A DNA stretch of 64,000 nt from Neoechinorhynchus agilis (GCA_051530055.1 CM121341.1:6302784-6366783); one strand, 5' to 3'; counted from the stretch's first letter, positions 49,172-61,609 are shown. Translations and numbers: made by a program. The notes: generated by a model from the letters alone, not told the origin.

Positions 49172-49544
49172 TTTAAACTAATATATGAAAAATCAGAACG
49201 AGAAATGCTCACATTTACACCAAACACAGATTGTGCGGAAAAATAAGAATTTTGGAAAATGATAAACGTCTTTTTTTCTAAAGTTATCAAACTTTTATTC
49301 CAAGCGATTAAAAGTACAAAACGTGCAATCACCAATGTCCGCAAAATTAAAGCTTCTCGCCTTATTTTAAAAAGAAAATAGAGAATTACTTTACATGGAA
49401 AGATGACGTAACTTCTTTTTAGTGAATCCGAACAAATACGTTCAAAAAAGGCGACCTCACGCAGCACTTTAACGTCATTTAAAACTCATCACGAACGCAG
49501 CATCGTAAATGACGAGTTTAAAAAGATTCTTTTGGAACAAATAT

Positions 49545-49910
49545 CCAGAATACGGAAGAATCATGGACGTTCGCTTTATATTCACGATTACTAAGAAAAA
49601 CAAGTTCACCAGTTTTTGCGGGGGACGGGAGATAGGTTATTTGTTTGACTAAGAACAACCACAATGATCAGTCGAATTTTTAATTTAAAAAGAAGGTTTT
49701 CCGAGTTTTGATACGGAAGAATCATGGACGTTCGCTTTATATTCACGATTACTAAGAAAACAAGTTCACCAGTTTTTTGCGGGGGTGAATAGGTTATTTG
49801 TTTGACTTAGAACAACCACAATGATCAGTTGAATTCTTAATTTAAAAAGAAGGTTTTCCGAGTTTTGATACGGAAGAATCATGGACGTTCGCTTTAGATT
49901 CACGATTCCG
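49545..49910. repeat. ~160-bp direct repeat, about 2.3 copies, between divergent genes
   Basis: atacggaagaatcatggacgttcgcttta.attcacgatt occurs three times. Confidence 0.8.
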
Positions 49911-50084
49911 AGGGAATTTGGGTAAAATTGATATTTTTTCTGGTTTTGATTGATTGCGAGGCGCTTTTTTTGTGTGCTTGATATCCCTTTTTTTAACGGG
50001 TTTTTGTTGACAGAACGCGTGTTTTCAATTTTAGTTGATCGCATTGTTTATTTTCGAACTTCTTTCAAAAATCCAGATTTTTGA

Positions 50085-50895
50085 ATGCGTGGTTTGAAAG
50101 GCAAATCGTCAGTAATAGAAAAGCTTCGTAAGCGTTTGAGGGGTACTCGTTTTCGGTGTATGAATCAAACGATTGACAATAGGAAATCAATTGAGAATTT
50201 AAGGGCATTTCAGGAGAATCCGGAGGAATTTCGTGAATACCACGCCCTATACAAGTCTCAAATGTCCAAATGGCCTTGTGGTGATCCTCTTCGCCTCATA
50301 ATATCTTGGATAGAATCTGTTCGATGCAAAGATCGTAAATTGATTGTTGCTGACTTGGGATGTGGTGACGCTCGACTCGCCACAGCATTGGATGGCAAAT
50401 GGAAAGGAAAGACTAAAATCGAAGTTCTGTCTTTTGATTTATGCGATGCGTTGAACGAGAAAGTTCAAGTCTGTGATATGAGAGATTTGCCTCTCGCAAA
50501 TGAAAGTATCGATGTTGTAGTGATTTGTCTCAGTCTTGTCGGAACAGATAGCCTTGATGCACTATGCAGCAGCGAGTTTGTGGTGTCTCGAGAGACAAAG
50601 ATCCACACACTCGTGAATAAGGGAAGTTAGCCGAGTTCTAAAGATGGGAGGTTGTTTTTTATTGATTGAACTTGCAAGTCGGTTTGTTGATCGGGAGTGC
50701 TCAAAGTCAAGAAAACAGCCATTTCCCTCCAACAAGAGATTGTGTCACCAAATCGAAAAACTCGGTCTTAGTCTTAAAAAGAAGGAACTTATCGACAATG
50801 ACTTTTTCTGGTTCTTTGTCTTTACCAAGAACAGTAAAATCAAACAAATACGGAATGTACAACCTCTTAAAAAATACCGATACAAGAAACGTTGA
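50085..50895 (+). CDS. RRP8: RRP8/nucleomethylin rRNA methyltransferase domain
   Basis: LRGTRFRCMNQ, FREYHALYKSQMSKWP, IVADLGCGDARLA, DVVVICLSLVGT, RVLKMGG..IELASRF and KYRYKKR. One 55-nt interruption. Confidence 0.9.
50563..50617 (+). other. TA-bounded, stem-closed insert (55 nt) in RRP8
   Basis: GCA C|TATGCAGCAG CGAGTTTGTGG...CCACACACTCG TGAA|TA AGG GAA has an 11-bp stem with one mismatch. Removal gives DALREVSRVLK. Confidence 0.7.
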
Positions 50896-51240
50896 TTGTG
50901 ATCAGTGTTTGATTTACGTATTTATTGAACTAATCGTTCAATTCTCTTCCTTGTGTGGCTTTCTAAAAGTCTTAATCAAACGGAAATGGGAACATTTGGA
51001 CTTTTTTTCGATTACGAAATTTTTGAACTTGACGTGTCATTTTCTCTCGTTTCCTCATCTTCCCCCCCCCCGCCCGTCGAAGGATTTCAGGAGTAATTGG
51101 ATCTTCGAAAAGTATTGTAGCTTATATTCGTGCTCTCGTGTGGTAACTAGATGATTTCGAGGATGTTTTTGAGGAGACTTTAAAAAAAGATCTAATTTTA
51201 TTCAGAAACGTTATTGTTAGATACCGTTCCCACTGTCCAA

Positions 51241-51482
51241 TCATCTCGTGGAGTGATATTTTGAAAGAACTGAGATCAATATAAGACCGGCTAAGATGAG
51301 TGCGACGAATCCCATTGAAATGACGCCGAGATAATCAAATCCTGGTACAGAAGTCGAGCACTCAATCTTGTTTTCATTGTCCGTTATAACTAACGATTTT
51401 TTTTGAGGGACAAAGAATAAAACGAAATACCTGATTGAAGAGCGATCAGTACAAACAATGGAGCAAGTATTCGTTTGTCCAT
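51241..51482 (-). CDS. Putative 66-aa single-pass membrane micropeptide, 2 exons
   Basis: ATG at 51482 and a 41-nt GT-AG intron (51430-51390). The product has a hydrophobic N-terminus and a TM segment (YLGVISMGFVALILAGLILISVL) followed by SKYHSTR*. Confidence 0.5.
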
Positions 51483-52019
51483 TGAAAGGGTGAGTTTTAA
51501 GGTTGTAAAAGACTAATGTAGAAAGATCTACTCGTGTTTTATAAGACCAAAGATGTCATATGACAGTCTCTTAGAGTTAAGGTCAAAAAAGAAGTCATTT
51601 TTCAAAACGATTATTGTGATATTTTTGATTATTCGTAGCAAGAAATAACGTGTTCAGCTCACCGCCGGTCGGACAAATGGAATCCGAAAATTCATCGTTC
51701 AATGATACTTTTAAAAGCACTTCCTCGCCATAACCTGAAAACGATCTTCTTGATTTGGATGATTCGACCCTTTTATTTGGTTTTTTCTCAAAAATCAACT
51801 GCTCATTTGAAAAAATTTCACCAATGTATACTTGGTTGCGTTTGTATTGTTCTCATATATCAAAAAAAATAAACTTACAAGCAACCTGAACAAGTCTTTA
51901 TTTTTGTAATCACCAAAGAACACATTTTATGTGTGTTCATTTTTTTGTGATTTGTATCCTCTACCTTTTAGAAATGAGTCCGGTAGTCATTCGTCCGTTA
52001 ATGTTTCAGAGTTTGCGTA

Positions 52020-52775
52020 ATGAACAATTTTGATCATGAAACTCTTGAGATTGTCAAACGAATGAACGAACAACTTACTGAAAATCTATCGAAAGTCGAA
52101 AATCTTCATTCTCGTTTTGTGGATGTTCGTCACAAGATGAGAATAATGCGTGAGTTTGACGAGTTTACGAGCAATATGAATTCGAGTGTTCATGGAAACA
52201 ACTGCGATCAAGTAGTGAATCGAATCCAATTGGAAAGTGAGATCATTAGACGATGTCAGACTGAGAACGATTTTCTAGAGTCGGAGGTTTCAGAGATGCG
52301 AGCTGTTCTTGAAGTAGTAATGAACAATTATCGAAATACAATGGAGAAAATGATGAGAACGGATGCAAGTTCAATGGCTAACGAATTCACGTTAGAAGAT
52401 TTATTAGCTGAGCGCATCGAAGTACAATCAAAGTATATTGAACAAATGAACACTGCTCTTTCTTGCATTGGAGAGACAGCAGCCCAATTAGAGGCTAAAC
52501 TCAAGAATGAAATCAACGAACTAAAGATCCGGAACCTCTCACTCGAATCACATCTTCGAAGTGCTTGTGATATCCTTAAGCATAAACGGCATTTATTGCG
52601 AGAGTCCAGCGACGCCGGTGTTCAGTGCGATCACGAAACTAACAATGACATTGAGTGTCCAAACAGCGGAGAAGAAATCGCTTTGAACGATGCAATCTAC
52701 TCACAGACGCTGGAGAATTCAAAGAAAACACAAACTGAACTCACAGAGTACGTATTTAGTGACTCAAATCCTTGA
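52020..52775 (+). CDS. SIKE/FGFR1OP2-family coiled-coil protein
   Basis: IQLESEIIRRCQTENDFLESEVSEMRAVLEVVMNNYRNTM resembles the SIKE/FGFR1OP2 block IQQENRQIRELQQEN..ALELIMSKYREQM. Confidence 0.65.
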   Translation: MNNFDHETLEIVKRMNEQLTENLSKVENLHSRFVDVRHKMRIMREFDEFTSNMNSSVHGNNCDQVVNRIQLESEIIRRCQTENDFLESEVSEMRAVLEVVMNNYRNTMEKMMRTDASSMANEFTLEDLLAERIEVQSKYIEQMNTALSCIGETAAQLEAKLKNEINELKIRNLSLESHLRSACDILKHKRHLLRESSDAGVQCDHETNNDIECPNSGEEIALNDAIYSQTLENSKKTQTELTEYVFSDSNP

Positions 52776-52938
52776 TGTACGATGAAACATTGAAACATCG
52801 ATCTTTGTGAGAGTCGCGGGTTAAAAAAACAAGTGGACCAGATTGTGTTTTCTATTGAGATAAATACGTAAATTGAAATCTCGAAATCGCACTCTCATTT
52901 AGAACATTCAACCTGTCGACCGACAAGACTAAGCTTAG

Positions 52939-53645
52939 TCTTTCAATAATTTCACGATACTTTGAATATTAACGGTTTATATTTATAAATTCATTGTTTT
53001 GTTTGGCGTCGAGACACTCGGGTCGTTTTGTATCTCGGCGCAGGATCTGGTCAAGCAATTGTCTAAGAATTTTTATGGTTACAAAGCTCCACATCCGAGA
53101 TAAATGATTTTTTCGATTAAAGACGTTCTGTGAACCTCACCGTGGGTTCATCTTTTTAATCAAAGAAATCATTTACCGCGGATGTGAAGACTTGTAACCG
53201 TAAATAATTCTTCCAATTAAATAGCCCCCCCCCGGTATCTCCTCTTCGCATATCGACAGTCGACAAAATTAAATGCTGAAAAAGAAAATTAAGCTGATTG
53301 CCACAATTTACCCTTTCGAAATATTTCAATAATAATTTCGCAATACTTTGAATATTAGCGTTTTATATTTATAAATTCATTGTTTTGTTTGGCGTCGAGA
53401 CACTCGGGTCGTTTTGTATCTCGGCGCAGGATCTGGTCAAGCAATTGTCTAAGAATTTTTATGGTTACAAAGCTCCACATCCGAGATAAATGATTTTTTC
53501 GATTAAAAAGACGTTCTGGGAACCTCACCGTGAGTTCATCTTTTTAATCGAAAAAATCATTTATCTCGGATGTGAAGACTTGTAACCGTAATAATTCTTC
53601 TCATTAAATAGCCCCCCCCGGTATCTCCTCTTCACATATCGACAA
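52939..53645. repeat. ~386-bp hairpin satellite, about 1.8 units
   Basis: Same unit as 1-771 and 37479-38712. Confidence 0.95.
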
Positions 53646-54061
53646 TTGTCGAAGAGATTGAGACGAATCACTTTTCGATCCGGCTACGCAACGAGGGAAC
53701 GCTGTATCCGTCCTTTCGACCGTTACACCAAGACGAAACCTTGAGATATGCTGAGAGGCGGTGGTTTGAATGATTCTTCTCCGAGATTCTGAAGGTTATG
53801 TTAATAATCTTTTGATTTAAATGACATTCAGCACAGTCAAATGCCGGCCCAATAAAATATTTAAGGGTTAAGATCACCACATAGGCTAATTTTTTCCATA
53901 GGATTTTCTCTCAACGATAACTTTGTGTATGGTAAAACCATAATTGTACTGTAATTATGGCAAATGAAGTCAATAAAAGTACTTTAAGAAGTTTTGCTAT
54001 TATTTGCACATTCTATCATGTAAATTACATTTCCGTTTTCTCTTGAGAGCGAGAGATAGAA

Positions 54062-54758
54062 ATGAGAACTTTGGGTTATTCTTTTTTTGTCCTTGTTACA
54101 ATGGTTATAGAAAGTTCCTTTAATGTAGTAGAATTCATAGTGTTCATGTAGGAAATTGCCCTCTTATTCAGTTCTAACGGATCATTTAAGCTTGTTTAAC
54201 TCTTCAGATGATATCATCACACATTTACCCACGTCGCCTTTTGATACTACAAAAACGTCCACCGAAGCTACTTTTCGAATGGTCTTCTTCATCTAACAAA
54301 TCCAATCCTTTACTTCTTGGTTTTATACAATCGCTCATGGATTTTGAGTCATTTCTTCGAAAAGGACTAACGTTAGTAAATCTCTTCTTTTCTTTTATCA
54401 CCGACATAATTCGCATAGTTCTCTGAAATCGAGCAACAAAATATACGATTTCTTTCAAGTTGCAACAGACTCGTACACTGTTCACATTCTCGATGTCGCT
54501 GCAGGAACCACAATTGCAATGGTCACGAGCGCCGCATTGGACGCAATTACAAACTGTTCAGTCTCGTTTATTCCGACTCTGAACGAGAATGCTTGTGATG
54601 TTCTCGTTCAAGTATACCGAGATTTGTTCATTCAACACCAAAATGAATATTGCCCAATGAGTGAGGATGGCGTTAGGCATAAAAGCGTCTTATTTGAAAA
54701 AATTGATCAGTTCTTTAGAAACGATAAGAATGTTCGTCCGGGTACCACAACTGTCTAG
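54062..54758 (+). CDS. Hypothetical, possibly secreted multi-exon protein
   Basis: Signal-like N-terminus MRTLGYSFFVLVTMV. A GTTAGT...catag intron joins the two track ORFs in frame. The ends are uncertain. Confidence 0.4.
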
Positions 54759-55488
54759 CTTCAGTCAAGAAAAAATAAATGCTCGGTTGAAATTTGAAGC
54801 CGTATGCACGTCCATCAAACGAAACTGTTGTGAAAGTCTATACTTTGTCAGTTAGGTGAAACCGTCTAGGATCACTCTGAAAATAGATTTATTTTTTCGG
54901 AGCAAATACACACTCAACGAAGAGCAAGAATAAACGCGAACGTTTAAAGTTGAACCAATCGGTGAGCCGTTTACTGTGGCCACTTAGAAATTATGATGCT
55001 TTTTCTGAACGCTGATTGGCTACATTAGAATTCTTTCAAAAAAAAGTTGCTTAGCTATGAATTTGTGTGAGACTCTCAAGTCACCACGGAAATATTTTTG
55101 ATTTCTCAAAAATTATAAGCAGCTTAATTTTGAGATTTATGTTTTGTTATCCCAACTAAGAACCCACGCAATTTTATTGGTCGCTTCAAATCTAAGAATT
55201 AATTTATATTCGGTTTATATTGGGGGACGTTGAAAATTAATTATTAAAAATTCCAAGCACCCATTTTTTTTGAAAACGTTTAGATCAAAAGCATCTTAAA
55301 AGCGAACATCTCTATAAAGTGTAATTGGTCGTCAAAATTCGGCTCAGCCAATGACATCAATAATTTGTGGCATAGATAGGAAAGGGAATATTTATTTATA
55401 AGACACGGTGGGTGTAATGTACGCAATAATGTAAGTAGACGGTTCAATGAGTAGTGTATGAACACTAATGATTTAGATCGACAGGTGC

Positions 55489-56471
55489 TCAATTTTCGTT
55501 TGGTGCTTGTGAACTACACTCTGCATTTTCATTTGTGTTCGTAAAGGTCCTCGGTGATGGTTGTCTAAAGTGGTTTACCGTGTTATTGCGTGTGTATTGG
55601 TATGGGTCGTTGGGTTGACCATTGAACTGTGGATCGAATTCTCTCCTTTGTTTCCTCCACTTGGCTCGGCGATTCTTGAACCATACCTGATCGACCAACA
55701 ACAAAAAGAATTCTATCCGCTATATAACTTTTCTCTAACTCACCTCTACCCTTTCTTCCTTTAATCCAATTTTATCAGCAAGCGCTTCTCTGACGACCAC
55801 GTCCGGGTAATGCGTTGTAGCGAACGCAGCTTCAAGCTCGGTCAATTGTTCATCGGTGAAGATGGTTCGATGTCTTCTTTTCCTCTTCTGAGGTATATGG
55901 TCAGCCGAAACTGACTGAAGATTCGACTCAGTTCCCCCGGCGTTTGCGTAAAGGAGGTAATTGTGCAATGCTGTCATTCCTGCAATTGTAAAGACACATT
56001 CGAGTGGGTAAATATATATATGCAGTGTTAAAGAGCGGAAGGATTGTTTGCCGGCAGGGAATGACTGTCTAAGTCAGCTCTACTGAGTGTTTGCATCTAT
56101 TGTATAGTTGGATGAATTACTTTGATGTGAGGTTTTATATTAAACCCATTAATAGTAAATATCTTAGACAATTAGGCTTTTGAGACAAAAGTGATAGGGT
56201 CTTGTTTACTTAGCCACCCGGTGCTGCCTAACTTACCCAAAATTCGTTCAGAGTAGCTGATCAGTCCCGAAATTAGTTTCGCTGCATCGGCTCGAGGGAT
56301 GAAGGGTACAGATGCTAAAAGCGGTGATTGGCTCGCATTAGGGGAAGACTGAGGATTGATTGCATTGTTGGCAGCGTTTGCGGTCACCGCGCTAAGGAGA
56401 TTATCGATTGAGAATTTGTGGAGTTTAACTCTGGACTGTCTTGGTGTCGCCGGATCCTTGTCTTGTTGCAT
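55489..56471 (-). CDS. gsc: Goosecoid-class K50 paired-like homeobox protein, 3 exons
   Basis: eh1 motif FSIDNLL and homeodomain [48 protein letters not shown]|[15 protein letters not shown], with a GT-AG intron inside helix 3. Confidence 0.9.
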
Positions 56472-57579
56472 TTCTGAGAAAGTAGATGAAAGTGGAAGTT
56501 GAAAATGCAGCAGTACACGTTTGAGGAGCGTGAAACTTTTTATAGTGAGCCGGAAAATTCCTTTTGTCTTTCCTTACTCTTGTTCCGCCCTTTTTTAAGG
56601 GTGAATATGTGTGGGCGGGTGCTCTATAGTAGCGGTGGCGCTGCTCCTCGTTGTTTCGGGTGTTACTGATGATAAGTATATAGAGTACACTGCTGGAGCA
56701 ATAGAGGAGAATGAGGTTAAATGCTCTGTGTATGCTGCGATAGGTGCTCGCTTCGTACCGATAACAAGCGAAAAACGAGAATAAATACCACGAAGCCTAT
56801 TAAAAGGGGAATTGTATGCGTTCGTGATGCAGGGTGTCAGGGACGGGATCACGCTCGTGTAAAATTAAGAACAAACATCGTAATGGATGTTGGAGGCGAT
56901 AAAGCAAATATCGTGCTTTGTCTCCAAACACGTTATCCAGAGGGTTTGTCAAAAGAAAAACATACAGCAGCCACGTATAAATGCTCTCTTCTTTGACCAA
57001 TCAGAAATATACACGCCCACCAACACCGAACAAATTTCTGTTTTTTTTCGGTGCATATAAGCGCGAAATTAGACACCAATCCGTTCAATATTTAACGTGT
57101 TTAAAAAAAATTCGTTTTAATTAACTTGCATGAGGTGAAATGTTCTTTACTATAGTCCAAATCATCTTTCCCATTTCCGCATAAAATGTCACTTAACAAC
57201 AAAAAATGTAATCCTTTTTTTTTAAGAATCGAAATGCTTAAAAAATTAGTGCAATTGTTTTATAGAACATTTAATACGAACCACAATGTCGACTCTCCAT
57301 TTATAAAACCAAAATTCTTTGAGGACTTCGTAAATGTATTCGTTATCCTAAAAAATACGACATTTTTTGTTGCTGCAAAAAAACATCGACCATTAAAGGG
57401 ACTTGCTGCAATGCTCATTCGCTAGAAGCCTATTACCTCAGCAAATGACAAAAAAATCTATTATCGTTAATTAGTTAATAGACAAAAATTGTGAGATTTA
57501 AAAAAGCAAAAAAGAGAGTGATTTTATTCACAAACGTCCGTATCGACTCGATGCAAAAAATTTTGTTTTAGCGGACTTT

Positions 57580-58526
57580 TTATTTCTCCAAACTGTCTAG
57601 ATATCGATTCCAATCGCGCCTATAAGTCTGAACGAACTTCCTTCCGTAATTCAAAGTGACAAAGTAAAAGGATCGAAACTGTTGTTTGTAAACGGGAAAC
57701 AATTGGTTAAATTGGCTTGCGTGAATTCCCAAAATGTTTGCCAATATTCCCAGATGAATATCTTCGAAATAGCATTCACAAGTGTTATATTTTTGGTAGA
57801 AGAGTTTGGCGTAATCACTCGTGAGGACGACAGCTCCTCCGGTTACATAATTCGGATAGTGAGAATACGGGTAATCATTTGTCGATATGAACCATTTTGA
57901 GAAAAAATTCCGTCGTGGTTTGGACGCCTTATAAACGTATCCTCCATAGATGGATTTATTTATCGTTGATTTGAACTTATTAAATTCTCGGGGGAAAAGG
58001 AGGTAGTCATCATCGATAAAAAGGCAAAGAGAGTGCTGATCATTAGATTGGGCGCACAATCGAATGGCTTGAATGTTCTTTTGGCAGATTGTAGTGTACA
58101 AGTCTAATAGATGACATTTTAACAAGAGCCAAGAGAAAATATCATATTTTTTTGTAAAACTTGTGAATCGAGAACATCGTTGTAGTATTCGCTTTCATTT
58201 GCTAGTTTTATCATTGTCTTGATATTCTTTGATCGTCCAATCAGAAACTTTGCGCTTGCAAAATCACCTTGAGTGGTAAGGTGTCGTAAATACGTATTTC
58301 TGATTATTTTGCGATTCTCAAAATTATCCACAAATGATTTAACAAAGATTTTCAGACTCAATGAACTTCCATTGAGTGTCAAGGGTTCGTTTGAGAGAAT
58401 TTGGAAGTCTTCAAGTGGCGTTTGTCTGATAAACTCGAATATTCCGATCGATTCACAGAGTAAAAAAATCAAAAAGAAGCACAGAATGATTCCAATTGAT
58501 TTGATAAATCGATGTCCGTGCGGCAT
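57580..58526 (-). CDS. Beta-1,3-galactosyltransferase family (GT31) protein
   Basis: N-terminal TM, RKIIRNTY, ESEYYNDVL, FIDDD, YPNYVTGGAVVLT and FEDIHLG. One 50-nt interruption. Confidence 0.85.
58107..58156 (-). other. Non-canonical TA-bounded, stem-closed insert (50 nt) in the GT31 gene
   Basis: GTT T|TACAAAAAAAT ATGATATTTT...AAAATGTCAT CTAT|TA GAC has a 10-bp stem with one G-U pair. Removal gives NDVLDSQVL-DLY. I found no nearby in-phase GT-AG pair. Confidence 0.8.
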
Positions 58527-59014
58527 AATCCAATGAATCGGACGGCGATAATGATGCTATCGGAAGGCGAGGTTTGAGCATCAATGAGAATCCTTGATTA
58601 AGAATCTTACCTTACAAGATTTCATCTGAAAAAAAAACAATTTGTTGATAGTGTCACTTTTTGAAAGAAATTCATGACAATAAAAATGAAGAAAAAATCG
58701 CGTTTCATTATGATCGTCTTGCTCACAAATATTTTGAACATTAGCGAATTTGCGAGTAAATCGGTCGATTAAAAAAAGAGATTTTCGAACGAGAAAACTA
58801 TTTTGGCGTGTCGGAGAAATCCTTCTATTTTAAATTGACGATTGTTCTCAGCGAGCCACAATCTTGTTTTAAATTCGTAACGCCACACAAAAACACCAAA
58901 ACAATTCAATCTTCAAAAAAATCAAGGACGATTTCATTCTTTCGAGTGATCGGGAAGAATTGTCAAAAACAAGTTTCTTGTCAACGATACGTCAAGCTTC
59001 TTTTTTTGAGAACG

Positions 59015-61609
59015 ATGCATGACCATTACCAATGCCATCAGCAGCAGCAGCAGATTTCTGCTCCGCCAATAATGCGTCCCAAGTCTCTGTTGGAAATCCC
59101 GGTACCACCGCCAATGGACGATTCTCAACAGATCGTAAGTCCGAACGGATTAAAACTCCGAGAAACTCTGTACCGTCTCATGATGAGTCAACTCGCACTC
59201 GATGGACATCAACACGTCGCTTCGTCCCTCGCAACGATGATGAACGCCAAACCCCTGTGTCCACCGTCTAACCGTCTATTTCAGTGGTTCCCAAACCTCT
59301 TTTTTCGGCCCTCGGAACGATGAAAAAAACTTGATCACGGAAGGGTCAAAAAACCTTGAGCATGTGGACCCTGCCCACTGACTCTCTCCACGGAAGGGTG
59401 CAAAAACCTTGAGCATGGACCCTGCACACGGAAGGGTGAAGAAACCTTGCCCACTGACTCTGCCCACTGACTCTCCCCACCGAAGGATGAAAAAACCTTG
59501 CCCACTGACTCTCCCCACCGAAGGGTGAAAAAACCTTGCCCACGGACCCTGCACACGGAAGGGTGAAGAAACCTTGCCCACTGACCCTGCCCACTGACTC
59601 TCCCCACCGAAGGATGAAAAAACCTTGAGCATGGACCCTCCCTTCCGGAAGGGTGAAGAAACCTTGCCCACGGACCCTGCCCACGGAAGGGTGAAGAAAC
59701 CTTGCCGACTGACCCTGCCCACGGAAGGGTGAAGAAACCTTGCCCACTGACCCTGCCCACTGACTCTCACCACCGAAGGATGAAAAAACCTTGAGCATGG
59801 ACCCTCCCTTCCGGAAGGGTGAAGAAACCTTGCCCACTGACCCTGCCCACTGACTCTGCCCACCGAAGGATGAAAAATCCTTGCCCACGGACCCTGCCCA
59901 CGGACCCTGCCCACAGGTGAAAAACTTGCATACTATTTTCTCTTTTTTTCATATTTAACATTGTGCGAACCCGATTTCCAATGTTGTCCAGGGACCCAAA
60001 ATTAATTTTCCACTGACCCCTTGAATGATTGTGTTGAACCCTTCTAAGCAGCCTTAATAAATAGGCTTGACGAAAGCAAAGGGGATTTAACAAAAGAATT
60101 TAACTCAATTTTAGTCACCGTCCTAAAAGAAAGAAAAACACTTTGGGAACCACTGGTCTATTTAATCTCGTTACTGCTGGCTTACGAGCAGAGGGTGCTT
60201 TAGCGAGTGATGGCGAACCAATCAACGATTCTCTTCTTCTCGGTGGGCGGTCCACTTCCGGTCTAAATTTCGAATATCAAGCGGATGCCAGGGTTGAGAG
60301 TAGCGATACAAGTAAATATGAGACTTGCTACGTTACGGCTCATAAGGCTCCGTGTAGAGCTGCTGCCTTTGATCACACTGGAAGCGTGATCGCCACTGGT
60401 GCAGTTGACGCTTCCATTAAAATCCTGGACGTTGATCGTATGATTGCTAAGGGTGAACTACAGGCAACCGGAGTTGGTGGTCCCGGAGTCGAAAATGAAA
60501 GCGTAGAAAACCATCCAGTCGTAAGAACTCTTTATGACCATGCTGATGAAATCACTTATTTGGAGTTTCATCCTCGTGCACAAATCCTGGCTTCAGCTTC
60601 TAAGGATTATACTATTAAGTTCTTTGAGTATGCGAAACAAGCTTCTAAGAAAGCTGTCAAAACTTTACAGGAAGTTGAGTATGTTCAATGTTTTAGCTTT
60701 CATCCATCGGGAGAATATATGATCGTTGGAACTTCTCATCCTACTCTTCGGCTGTATCACGTCGAAACCTGTGATTGCTGGATCTCACCGAATCCTAAAG
60801 ACCAACACAACGAACCCATTATCCGATTGATTGCTTTAGTTTTTTTGATCGCGTCTTCGCACAGTCGATTTCAAAAAAACTGCAAAGCCTCGAGAACTTA
60901 GTTACGTTATTGCGATAGTAATCCGCTCCCCTCTATATTTTTTAAATGAAAGATCTTCCACTGTTGACATATTTCAACATGTTTTTTTGTATCCGATGAT
61001 TCCCACAACTCCAAACTAAGAATATTCTTTTTTTTCTTGGAAATATCCCTGTTTTAGCTAGCTGTTTAAATCTTTTTTTTTTGGATAACTGAAGCAATCA
61101 ATCATACGGCAGCCACTTACTCATCGAATGCACGGGTTTATGCGTCGGCTTGTGAGGGAGGTGTTATAAAGCTATGGGATGGAGTTAGCAACAAATGCAT
61201 CAATACATTCACTGACACTCACAGCGGCCAAAGTGTGAGTTCGTTACAATTTACAAGGAATTCCAAGTACCTTTTATCGTCAGGGAAAGACAGTCAGGTT
61301 CGTTTGTGGGATATTAGTGCAGGACGCTGCCTGATTAGTTATACCGGGGCTGGTCTTATGGGAAAACAAGAGTACCACGCGAATGCCGTGTTCAATCATA
61401 CCGAAGATTTCGTTCTTTTCCCAGACGAACGAACAATCAGCCTCTGTTGCTGGAACGCTCGCAACGCAGAACGGCACAATCTTCTGTCTCTTGGGCACAA
61501 TTCTAGCGTCCGATGGATCGCACATAGTCCCGTATATCCTGCTTTTCTCTCCTGCAGTGATGATTACCGAGCGAGGTTCTGGTGCAGACCTGCATCAAGT
61601 CTCACCTAA
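59015..61609 (+). CDS. CSTF1: Cleavage stimulation factor 50-kDa subunit (CstF50)
   Basis: [71 protein letters not shown] and [10 protein letters not shown]. Both interruptions are inverted-repeat inserts. Confidence 0.95.
59282..60155. mobile_element. Non-autonomous hAT (Buster/Charlie-type) element, 874 bp, inside the CSTF1 coding sequence
   Basis: Perfect 14-bp TIR CAGTGGTTCCCAAA / TTTGGGAACCACTG and an 8-bp TA-centred target-site duplication GTCTATTT (59274-59281, 60156-60163). The interior is a minisatellite with no transposase. Confidence 0.9.
59335..59915. repeat. Composite minisatellite inside the hAT element
   Basis: Shuffled short motifs: gaagggtgaagaaaccttgccca, ctgaccctgccca and ggaccctgc. 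Confidence 0.9.
60820..61104 (+). other. Non-canonical TA-bounded, TIR-closed insert (285 nt) in a CSTF1 WD repeat
   Basis: CCC AT|TATCC GATTGATTGCTTTAGTT...AACTGAAGCAATCAATC A|TA CG has a 17-bp stem with one G-U pair. Removal gives DQHNEPITAATYSS, the same length as human DQHTDAICSVNYNS. Confidence 0.85.

Noticed and set aside
56744-56755. GTGCTCGCTTCG match to the U6 snRNA 5' end
   Set aside because: Similarity stops after 12 nt and there is no ACAGAGA box.
59276-60093. Gly/Arg/Phe-rich minus-strand ORFs inside CSTF1
   Set aside because: They are translations of the hAT-internal minisatellite, with no transposase motifs.
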